This document shows positions 1 through 9,508 of a stretch of DNA of 64,000 bases, one piece after another. This DNA comes from Rhizodiscina lignyota (Eukaryota), in contig ML978125.1 in NCBI GenBank assembly GCA_010015805.1, positions 1,054,001 through 1,118,000 of the forward strand. Direction: 5' to 3'. Each line of letters begins with the position of its first letter. The stretch's first letter is position 1. A model generated the notes under the pieces. The model was not told where the DNA came from. It did not search any database and was given only the letters and a program-made list of their open reading frames with translations. A program made the position numbers and the translations under genes.

Positions 1-1151
1 CCGCGTTCCACGCACTCGTCCCGTTCGGATCTTTATGGAACGTGCTTCCGCTCCGAGCTGGTCCAATGATGAGCCATTTGCTATCTGGCCGTTGTTCTCC
101 AAGTACCGAGAAAAGGTCCTCTCCAAAACAATCCGGTGGCCAATAAATGGCATCTTCACTCGCTCTTCCTATCTTTACTTGCATCTTCTCTGCGAATCCG
201 CGATCAAAGAGGTACAATGGACTCTCCTCGTGACTGTTTTCCAGGTAGGAGAAGTACGTTCGAAGAGGCCAGTCTACAGCTTCAGCACGAAACTTTGTCT
301 CAGCATGATCTCGCAGCAGTGCTTCAACTGTCCAATCTCGGTACACTGGCCATTCCGTGACTGGCTTGGTGAGTATGAATGGCTTGTTGATCCACTGGTC
401 GTGAAACTCCTCAGATGTCAAGTCGTCTAGTCTTGCAATTCTATTTTCAGTGGGAATATCCGCTGCATACTGGTTCAGGGGTGTGTATGCGCAGAAGAAG
501 GGCCGATAAAGGGCGTCAGAAAACAGTCCTCTGCAGTCGATTCGGGTTCGGCGTTCGGGAGGAAGACCAAGGCATGTCCAGCGCCAGTTTCCACGCCATT
601 CAAATTGCTCGGGGTGTAATCTATCCATGGGGCTTAGCAATGACTCAATGAGAATTAATGACTGGAACGGAACTCAAAGGATCTGAGGATCAATGAGACT
701 CTTCGGGTCCAAAATGTGACAGGTATGTGAACAACAATTGACTGATCCAGAGAGCCTGAAGTAGAAGTGCCAGTGCAATGTACCCCTTATAGGGTTATAT
801 CAGAAATACTTACTCTAGAAACGCAGCCCTCCACAGTTCCTCGGCGCTTGTGAAGGCATACAGTGCTTTACATGCTGTTCCCAGACGCAAGAGTTCTGGA
901 ACATGTAAATATTCCAGAAACGATATCAATAGCTCGTCTGGTAGCACAGCAAACGCGCCTGCATGATCCTTGAGATTGACTGTGGAGGTGTATGCATTGC
1001 CAGAAGGCTTGACGCCCAAAGGATGCCGGGGAATCGCTGTAGAGGCTTCAAGACTCGAATTCGAAGAACTATGATTCAGCTTGGCTCGTTTACTGTCGCG
1101 CATGCCATTAGGCAGATCATGATCCCGGGTCGAAACGGCTGAGGGTGCCAT
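1..1151 (-). CDS. F-box + JmjC domain protein (JMJD6-like), 3' end outside the window; exons 1151-814 and 620-1, intron 813-621
   Basis: Exon 1 has F-box-like FAVLPDELLISFLEYL. GTAAGT donor, GCTAAG branch and TAG acceptor join in frame to SDALYRPFFC...ESPLYLFDR...WLIIGPARSGSTFHKDPNGTSAWNA, typical of the JMJD6 family. Confidence 0.88.
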
Positions 1152-1662
1152 TTTTGTGGTCTGGTGGGTTTGCCGCAACCGGTCAGAAAGCCCACAAACT
1201 AAGTTGCGCCCTTATGGTGGCGAGAAGCTCAGTGGCAGAGCATGTCCTGAGTCACAATAGAGATTTCAGGACCAATAGAAAGCCATGGAAGCTTAGGAAG
1301 GAATTTGAAAGAACGCGATCAGGTGTCGAGGGCGCGGCAAAAGTGAGGAGTGGTGGATGAACCCTGCGCACGGCCCACGCCACCGGTTTTAGCTCTACTA
1401 CAAAAATTTCTAGCACCACCTCTCCGCCGACCTTCTTTCATCACCCAACTGCAACCGCACCACAATTCGAAAAAGACTCCAACCAACTAGATATACATCA
1501 GACTCTCGTTTTTGGGAGTCTTGTTATCTAGTTAATTCCACAAAACCTAATTTCGGCACAGCGGCAGGATCCGTTGGATTCTTTTCCGCCCTCCGCCCAC
1601 CTCAAGGCAACCTCTCGATCGCAGCGCAGCGCCTGTGATCGTATCCACTCTTAATCGCAATC

Positions 1663-3063
1663 ATGGCTGATTCCAAAGGCCTCGAGGAGGTCCCAGAAGG
1701 TACGTTCAGAATTTTCAACATTTGGGTGCTTCACTCGATGAATTTTCAATGCGCGTTTGCACCTCTCAACATTTGTAACTAACACGCCACTTTTCAGGTC
1801 AAATCGAGTCCAACTATGATGAGACTACCGACTCCTTCGATGCGATGGACCTGAAGGCCGAACTTCTCCGTGGTGTTTACGCCTACGGTTTCGAGCGCCC
1901 GTCTGCGATTCAGCAGAGGGCTATTATGCCGGTCATCAAGGGTGAGTTCGCGCAAAAATTTTAAGCTTGGGGAACCATAGCTAATACAATCGCACAGGCC
2001 ACGATGTCATCGCGCAAGCCCAGTCCGGCACTGGCAAGACCGCTACTTTCTCCATCTCGACGCTCCAGAAGATCGACCCGAACATCAAGGCGTGCCAGGC
2101 GCTTATCCTCGCTCCAACTCGTGAATTGGCACAACAGATCCAGAAGGTCGTGGTCGCCATTGGCGACTTCATGAGCGTCGAGTGTCATGCCTGCATTGGT
2201 GGTACCAGTGTTCGCGATGACATGAAGGCGCTTCAGGATGGTCCCCAGGTCGTCGTTGGCACGCCCGGCCGTGTTCAAGACATGATCCAGCGCCGTGTGC
2301 TCAAGACCGACAGCATGAAGATGTTCGTGCTCGACGAGGCCGACGAGATGTTGTCTCGCGGTTTCACTGAGCAGATCTACGACATCTTCCAGCTCCTGCC
2401 TCAATCGACCCAGGTCGTCCTCCTGTCTGCTACCATGCCTCAAGATGTCCTCGAAGTCACCACTAAGTTCATGCGCGACCCTGTCCGTATCCTCGTCAAG
2501 AAGGCCGAGCTTACCCTCGAAGGTATCAAGCAGTTCTACATTGCTGTTGAGAAGGAGGATTGGAAACTTGATACCCTTTCCGACTTGTACGAGACCGTCA
2601 CCATCACTCAGGCTGTCATCTTCTGCAACACTCGCAGAAAGGTCGACTGGCTCACCGACAAGCTTACGGCTCGCGACTTCACGGTGTCCGCTATGCACGG
2701 AGATATGGACCAGGCCCAGAGAGATGTCATCATGAAAGAGTTCCGCTCCGGCTCCTCCCGTGTCCTGATCGCCACCGATCTTCTTGCTCGTGGTATCGAC
2801 GTCCAGCAGGTCTCTTTGGTCATCAACTACGATCTTCCCGCTAACCGCGAGAACTACATTCACCGTATCGGCCGTGGTGGTCGTTTCGGACGAAAGGGTG
2901 TTGCTATCAACTTCGTTACGGCTGATGATGTACGAATGATGCGCGAGATCGAACAGTTCTACAGCACTCAAATCGAGGAGATGCCAATGAACGTTGCTGG
3001 TGAGTTAACTCAACGCTGATCTTATCCTACATGTTTCTAACGGCTGCCACAGATCTCATCTAA
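1663..3063 (+). CDS. TIF1: Translation initiation factor eIF4A (DEAD-box helicase); exons 1663-1699, 1798-1941, 1998-2999, 3053-3063
   Basis: [31 protein letters not shown] and [13 protein letters not shown] motifs; spliced C-terminus EMPMNVADLI*; canonical introns. Confidence 0.97.
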
Positions 3064-3865
3064 AAGTTACGCTTTCCCTCACTTGTGCAACCACCACGCA
3101 TTTTGTTCGCAAGCCACGTAGAAAGGGTTTCGGGAACAGATGCGAGACTGGTTGCCTGACGACGAGAGCAACACAGGCGGTTGCGAAACAAAAGTGAACA
3201 GTTTTGCGATTTCAACGTGCGGCATCTCGGCGTTCCTCCTAATTTGCGGTTTCGTGTGCAATGCTTTCGAAACATCAAACTTTCTAGACATGGGAGGGTT
3301 ACGGGACCTTTTTTGCTCTTCTCTTTCTCAAATCAAGTATTTCTGTACCTACACGATGCTTTCTGCTGCGGCTTTCGACTTGGAGGTCATGAGATATCCT
3401 ACGATGTCTATAACTCCTCCATACACGATAATAGATTGGTCCAAAGCTCACTTATCCCGCTTAATCTCCCGTGAATGTGGTGAATGTGTTGCGCGGAGAT
3501 GCGTGCCTTCCAGATTCGCGGTGGTTGCCCAATACGACAACGCGACCGCGATGGCAGCTTGTGAAGGAAGGCACGCGAAATTAGCTTTGACAACGCACCA
3601 CTTTCAGCCATTCCCGCGTCGCTCGCGTCTACACTATAACACAAACATGACGTGACGCTCGAAGTATTCATAGGCGCCCTAGTCCTCGCATCTTAGGAGG
3701 TTTAGCTTCCTACAACTTTTCTTCCCACAACACTCATCTCCACGCAGCCTTTCCATCACCAAACCAAAGCATCCATCATCCCGCTTCTACTACCTCTACT
3801 CTCAATATTCGCCGGCTGATTATCGATTCTTCACGCTCCAACCGCCTCTCGCATCGTTGCCCAAC

Positions 3866-4826
3866 ATGACGCGCCCCCACAGTCCAGATTGCATGCTTTG
3901 GGCGAAGAATCTCAAGGATGAGTTCGCAAAGCTCAAGGAACGCCTGGCAGAATTTGTGCAGAAGGCCGAGAAGCGTGACGCGAACGTGAAAGAACTCCAG
4001 GAACACGCCTCTGACATCGCCACGATCAAGCACGACTTTGACCAACTCAAGAAACGCGTCAAGGACATCAAAGAACTCGAAGAAGGCAACGACGAGGATA
4101 TCCGTGATATGGTCGACCGTATCGAGAAGCATGGGAAGAGTCTCGAGGATCTCATGGGCAAGATGAGCTTGGCTCAAAAGGAAAACGACAAGCTGAGCCA
4201 GGACATTGAGGGCTTGCAGACGGCCTGCTCATGCCTCAAGACAGCCATGTTCAAGCTGGAGGAGAAGCTCGACCGCAACGAGACAGCTGTGATGAAGTTG
4301 GAAGAGAAGCTCAAGAACAATGGTCACACTGGACTCGCAAAGAAGAACGATTTCAGCGACCCAAAGACTCTCGGACACCATCTCAAGAACGTCATGAAGA
4401 GCCAGTACGAAGAGCAGAGCATGATCCAGACGCTCCAGGCTAGGGTGGACGAGCTCGAACATATGCTCAAGTCCCAGCAACAAGTCGGCATGGCCTCAGT
4501 GGTCGCAACCACGTCGATGGTGGACGCATCTTCGTCACCCGTCGTCCAAGTCTCGAGCAGCCCCCTGCAGGCACGCAGGTAAGTTATCCAACTCCAAGTT
4601 TAGTGAGGAACCGTTACGACTCATGGAAGGTATGAACAGCACCGTGCCGCCGGCCCAGACGCCAGTGCGTCCGCAGCCATCGGAGGAGATGGCGAGTAAG
4701 GCAAACTCGGGGAAGAAGAGGAAGGCGGGCGTGGCGCAGACGGAGGGACAGACGAGGAGGAGGCGGAGACGCAGGACAATCTCGCAGCCATATGAGCTGC
4801 TTCCTCTTGGCGTTTCGGATGACTGA
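3866..4826 (+). CDS. Hypothetical coiled-coil protein with basic C-terminus; exons 3866-4578 and 4640-4826
   Basis: Long heptad-rich ORF. GTAAGT donor at 4579 and AACAG acceptor at 4639 join in frame to the 4623-4826 ORF (KKRK, RRRRRRR putative NLS). Start uncertain. Confidence 0.6.
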
Positions 4827-5030
4827 GCGGTGTGATAGTTTAGATTGCCTGTTTGTTGTTTGCTAAATATAAGAAAGTTCATCGATCGCCTTGTTTATTT
4901 GGCACAGTTTCTCACTTGTGAAATGCGTCAACTGGGTTCGTGGTCCGCGCACGTTCGTGTCCTCAACCCTTTCAGCAGAGAGATGTTCTGTCAGAGCACC
5001 AACGCTCTGGTAAGCATGGTAGTGATTCTC

Positions 5031-5666
5031 TAAGTCAGGCCTAGCAAGCTACTCTTTGACAATATCGAATATAGACTCACTAATATGTGGAAGCTTCTTG
5101 CCAGTGTCGAAGTGGACTACGGAGGATCTGGTTTCTCGTGAGCTTATGAGCCCTCCAACAGCATCTCTTTTCCGCCACAACAAGAAGTGGATCTTCTAAG
5201 GCAGGCCTGGCAAGCTACTCCCTGACGATATCGACTGTGAGCTCACTGATATGCAGAGCGTCTTAGAAGTGCTGAAGGCGACAACGAAGAAACTAGTTTC
5301 TTGTGAGCGAATGAGGTCTATAACGGCATCTCTTTTCCGCGATAACGAGAAGGAAATCGTCTCATGTAGGCCTCGAAAGTTACTCCCTATTAACCTCGAA
5401 TATAAACTTATCATAAGCGTATAAGATCTACAATAAGGTCTTCTTTCCCGCGATAACAAGAATTAAATCTTCTAAGGCAGGCCTGGTAAGCTGCTCTCCG
5501 ACGACTTCGAATGTAAAGCCGCCAATAGCAAGACTTTGCAAACCACTCCCTGGCAAGCTCGAATATAACTCACTAGTATGCAGAAGCTTCTTGGAAAATA
5601 CTGAAGGTAGCTGTAATAGAATAGCTCTGTAGACTGTTCGCTCGCAGAAAACTAGCTCCTTCACGC
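5031..5666. repeat. Degenerate tandem array, anchor spacings 166/165/111/~52 bp (approximate multiples of 55 bp)
   Basis: Anchor AGGCCTRGCAAGCTACTCCCTGAC and variants recur at about 5040, 5206, 5371, 5482 and 5534; TTCCGCSAYAACRAGAA also recurs. Confidence 0.85.
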
Positions 5667-6558
5667 TCATGTCTCGGAAAACTCGTATGGCCCTGGTTTA
5701 TCGGCAACCGTCACATCAATGTTTGCTTCCGGAATTTCCTTCCCGTCGACCTTCAATCCCGCCTGCATTCGGTCCCCAGTGACCACGGGTCCCACGCCTT
5801 TTGGCGTTCCCGTCAGCACAATATCCCCCTTTTCCAGTCCCATCACCCTGCTTATGTCGCTTAGCATCCTCGGGATGCGGAAGAGCATCAGTTCTGTGTT
5901 GTCGTCTTGCTTCATTTGGCCGTTTACGCTGAGCCATAGGTGGACATTGTGGGGGTCGGGAATCTTTTCCTTCGGGATGTGTTCGCTGACCGGGAGGAAG
6001 GTGGCAAAACCTTTGGCGATAGTCCACGGCAGTCCTTTCTTTTTCGCTTCTTCTTGGACATTCCGGCCAGTCATGTCAATGGCCAAGAGGTAGCCTGCAT
6101 GGGGAGAAGTCAGTTGTCTGGAGCTTGCTGTGCTATGTTTGTACTATAAGTTTTCGAAATTGGAAATGAATTTCTCATACTATCAATTGCATCAACTGCA
6201 GCTGCATCATCATTCGGATCCAGGTCTTTCAACTCCTTGCCTATTACTACTGCGAGCTCAACCTCAAAGTGTAGATTTACGCCCTTTGGCCGATGTACCG
6301 GTCCGGCTCCTGGCAGTAGGATCGAACTCGGTGGCTTGAGGAAGAAGAACGGTTGCTTTGGTCGCTGATTGTTGAGCTCTTTGACGTGATCACTGGTACG
6401 AACCATTAGTTTCTGTCAGTAAAGAATGAACGGCCGGTTCCATACGCATAATTACGGCCTATACACATCACCTTGCTTCAAGTTAGCTCGTGGGTCGACA
6501 TCGGCATTCTGATGCTCACCTTTCGGCAATTGGCCTTTATGGAGGATGCTGTTGCCAT
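5667..6558 (-). CDS. Fumarylacetoacetate hydrolase family protein (FAHD1/Fmp41-like); exons 6558-6520, 6471-6446, 6392-6181, 6094-5667
   Basis: Spliced protein has KVMCIGRNYADHVKEL, PFFFLKP, HFEVELAVVIG, YLLAIDMTGR, WTIAKGF and GDIVLTGTPKGVG. Confidence 0.93.
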
Positions 6559-6808
6559 GGTAGACTATTTACTGGGTAACACGATACGAAAAGATACAGT
6601 CTCATAAGACAACGAAGATGAGGTGGGGCCAGAGACCCAACCATGTTGTTGCGGCTCGTCAATGTGGAGCTTCCGCAGCGAAGACGGAGCGAGATCATGC
6701 GGAGAGCTGAGGTGGAGGTGGAGCCTTGTCATCGGAAATGCCGGTGCGACGACATCCCATTGTCGAATTCTCGGTATCTTTGCCTTTGGATCTAAATACC
6801 CTCTCACC

Positions 6809-7147
6809 ATGAGAATCGCCGAGATACTATCTGATCTTACTTCTCTGCGAGTCTGTGTAAGTGATCATTGCTTCTTAAAAAGGGCTATCGCACTAATTAC
6901 CAGCTCGTCACAGGATCCCTCCGCAGCGCTTGCGCTGGTATCAGCTCGTCCATCTCCATCTGCAACGACGGCAGATAATGCGAAACCAAAGGGCAAGAAT
7001 GCAGATGATGATGCCGAACTTGCGCGTGCAAAGGATCTGATTGATCTGCACTACTCCGTCAAAATGCAGCATTCGGAAGGGACCGTTGATGAGGGTCTGC
7101 TCGAGGCTCGATACAGTGTGCACAATGCACTGAAGGGTGTCACTTGA
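6809..7147 (+). CDS. Small conserved-looking fungal hypothetical protein; exons 6809-6856 and 6914-7147
   Basis: MRIAEILSDLTSLRVC, a GTAAGT..CTAAT..CAG intron, then DPSAALALVSA...ELARAKDLIDLH. Divergent from the FAH gene. Confidence 0.75.
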   Translation: MRIAEILSDLTSLRVCVSDHCFLKRAIALITSSSQDPSAALALVSARPSPSATTADNAKPKGKNADDDAELARAKDLIDLHYSVKMQHSEGTVDEGLLEARYSVHNALKGVT

Positions 7148-7741
7148 AGCATGACAGCAGACTGGGCATAAATCATTCGCAGCAAAATGAATACTGGAAT
7201 TTCAGAGGGATTGATGGACGCATTTGCGGACCCCAGTTCAGACATAGATCTGGTGCAGTATGGACATCGGGTGGACAGCTGGAACTCGAAAGCGAAGTGT
7301 AAACTTGATATTTGGTTTGAGATTAAAGAGAGTTGGCAGGTAGAATCGAAAGAGTTGGCGTGTTTGCTGCCTCGTAGCTGTGGACTCGGCCGGGGGATCT
7401 GAGGATTTGAGAGCAATGGGGAATTGAAGACGATGACTAGAAGTAGCAGCACGGCACAGGGGATACAGAAGCTGCGGAGAAACAGAGCGAATGTTGCGCG
7501 GTAAGATGGATTGAAGGTTTAGTTGACTTTACTTGCCTCCTATCAATTCGTGTTTGTCGTCGTTCTCTGTCTTCCAAGACCGCTTTCAGTTAGGAAAAGA
7601 GTTCCTATGTGCCTCCTCAAACCACTAAATACATTTCATCTGCAAGTCCAGGAAGAAGAGAACAGAAAAACAAAAGCAAATTATTCCTTGCGACCGGCAG
7701 TGAAGAGCGTTGCGCCGCTGCGCTCGCAAATAATTATTTGC

Positions 7742-8008
7742 AGGGCGTGGCGTAGGCGGGGCCAGTTTAACTGTTTTTCAGGAATACTACCTATATATTT
7801 AATTTCGGATTCTCTAGTCCTCGAAGTTGGGGCCACCAGACAAGCGTTAGCGCCCTGGTGAGTGCATTGGGGGGATAGTGGATTCCCCCCACGGACTTCC
7901 CGAGGGGCTGCCTTACAGTGCCAACAGGCATGTCTAGCAACTTGGTCCCCGCTAGATTCGAGACCAATTGGTATCACTGTGAAAGACAAGGACGCCCTTC
8001 TTTTTTTT
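7742..8008 (+). ncRNA. Candidate structured Pol III-type non-coding RNA, family not identified
   Basis: A-box-like TGGCGTAGGCGG at 7748, complementary ends AGGGCGT/ACGCCCT, several GC-rich hairpins, B-box-like GATTCGAGACC near 7955 and a T8 run at 8001-8008. Confidence 0.35.
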
Positions 8009-8123
8009 GTTTCCTTCATTTCTTTGCTGTTTGTTATTCCATACTCTTCTTTTGTTGTAACTTGCACGAGCTGACAGGCAGATAGAGATCCGAGACGCGG
8101 CATGGGTACTGTCTGGCAGGGGT

Positions 8124-8213
8124 ATTTCTGTGGTGTAGTGGGAATCATCTTTCGCTTTTTTTTTAAGTTGTTTGGTATCGACAAGGTCTCTGGTTCGAAC
8201 CTGGAGAGTTTGC
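8124..8213 (+). pseudogene. Degenerate tRNA-derived sequence (Val/Ala-like pseudo-tRNA)
   Basis: A box TGGTGTAGTGGG at 8131, B box GGTTCGAACC at 8192 inside a pairable T-arm, 4/5 anticodon stem and T12 downstream. The acceptor stem does not pair and a T9 run sits in the anticodon loop. Confidence 0.6.
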
Positions 8214-8503
8214 CTTTTTTTTTTTTCTCTCTCTCAGTTTTCTACTGCAACATTCACGATATGATCCGAGCCGTTCTAGCCTTAACTAATCGCTATGAGC
8301 GATGACCATAGATCCTTCCGGAGATCCTCTTAGATTGATAGGTTTAAGTCTCTTCTATGAGTCTCCCGCAAGCTTCCATCACCTCCCAGTCAGCAGCCGC
8401 ACACCTTCATTAGACTTCTATGAGATAATACTTGGTAGCTCTACCCACACTTCTAGCATATTCGATCAATTTACGCTCCATTAACACTGGCTCCATCTCT
8501 ATT

Positions 8504-8790
8504 ATGACCCCAACAGCCGCAGCTACCTCTTCGCCTGTAGGCTCTTCAGTAGATGTGACCGCCTCTCCTGAAAAGCCACCACCTTCAGACTTGCCGCAGC
8601 AACTTATGCGCCAATTACAGTCAATCAATCGTAACTTTTCAAGCTTGGATTAACGTATTCCTGGCCTTGACTATAGTGTAAAACCCCTCGATCAGCGATT
8701 GACGACGCTCGAATAAAGGCTAGAACCGCTTGCCTTGACCTCTGCCTCGAGCGACCTCCCACCGCACAACACGCAAAGCAACATACAAAC
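8504..8790 (+). pseudogene. Degraded coiled-coil ORF relic with in-frame TAA stops
   Basis: Frame reads QSINRNFSSLD*RIPGLDYSVKPLDQRLTTLE*RLEPL; TAA at 8651 and 8714 fall where the LDQR/LEQR heptad predicts CAA. Confidence 0.4.
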
Positions 8791-9508
8791 CAATGAAGTT
8801 ACCTAAATGCCCAACGCAAGCACACGAGCCTACAAAAGAAGCCGTGGTCAAAATATTGGTTCCCTTAGGCCTGGCCGCGAAGCAGACAGGAGCAAGACGC
8901 CCTCGAAAAGGAAGGATTGAACTGTGGTGTATCATCCTCGCGCTTTATCGCAATCCGAAGCTATATACGCCCTTGAATACAGCCGTTATACGCTTGAATA
9001 GTAACCCATGATGCCGCTTAGAAGCTACTTTGACCAGAATTCACGCCTTCGTTGCGCGCTCGATTCCAATGACGACCTCCACATCGAAGACTTCGTCTCT
9101 ACAAATGTATACATGGAAATTGCTAAAGTCAATTAGCGTACGAGGTTACGAGCTTCCAGGCCTCCAATACACCTGAGCTAGTGATTTAAGTAGAATGGAT
9201 ACGATGGATATTTTTGACAAAGGTATGTCTACACCAGATCATCCGTATGGATCTCCAGAACCACCAAACGGCCAGCGGGTCAAGCTTTAACGTTAGAAGG
9301 TATATATTCTGAGCACAGGTGAAGAGTCAAATGCAATATACGCCTGAAATTTTCTACAAACAGCTGGAACTTCAAGTGCAGGCTCTCGTACTCAGATCTA
9401 ACTAAAGATTCATGACCCCTTCGCCAATCCGGATTCGTCGCAAGGCATCCAGTGAGCACCTCCATTCAGCAAAATGAAACCAATCTCATTAAAGTCGCTG
9501 TCCGGTCA

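Noticed and set aside
621..813. Long intron of the F-box/JmjC gene as snoRNA host
   Set aside because: Only weak stems; no convincing C/D or H/ACA boxes.
1961..2971. 336-aa antisense ORF over eIF4A (and similar shadows over PRP16, myosin and the PWWP gene)
   Set aside because: Expected shadow ORFs from strong codon bias of the sense genes; no recognisable domains.
5031..5666. CRISPR-like array or coding 55-aa repeat
   Set aside because: Eukaryotic context, whole units are homologous (no unique spacers), and frames contain stops and non-triplet length differences.
7829..7860. Resemblance of GGGGCCACCAGACAAGCGTT to the start of the CPEB3/HDV-like ribozyme
   Set aside because: L3 is only 4 nt, the P1 3' strand is not complementary, and no J4/2-P2 closure follows.
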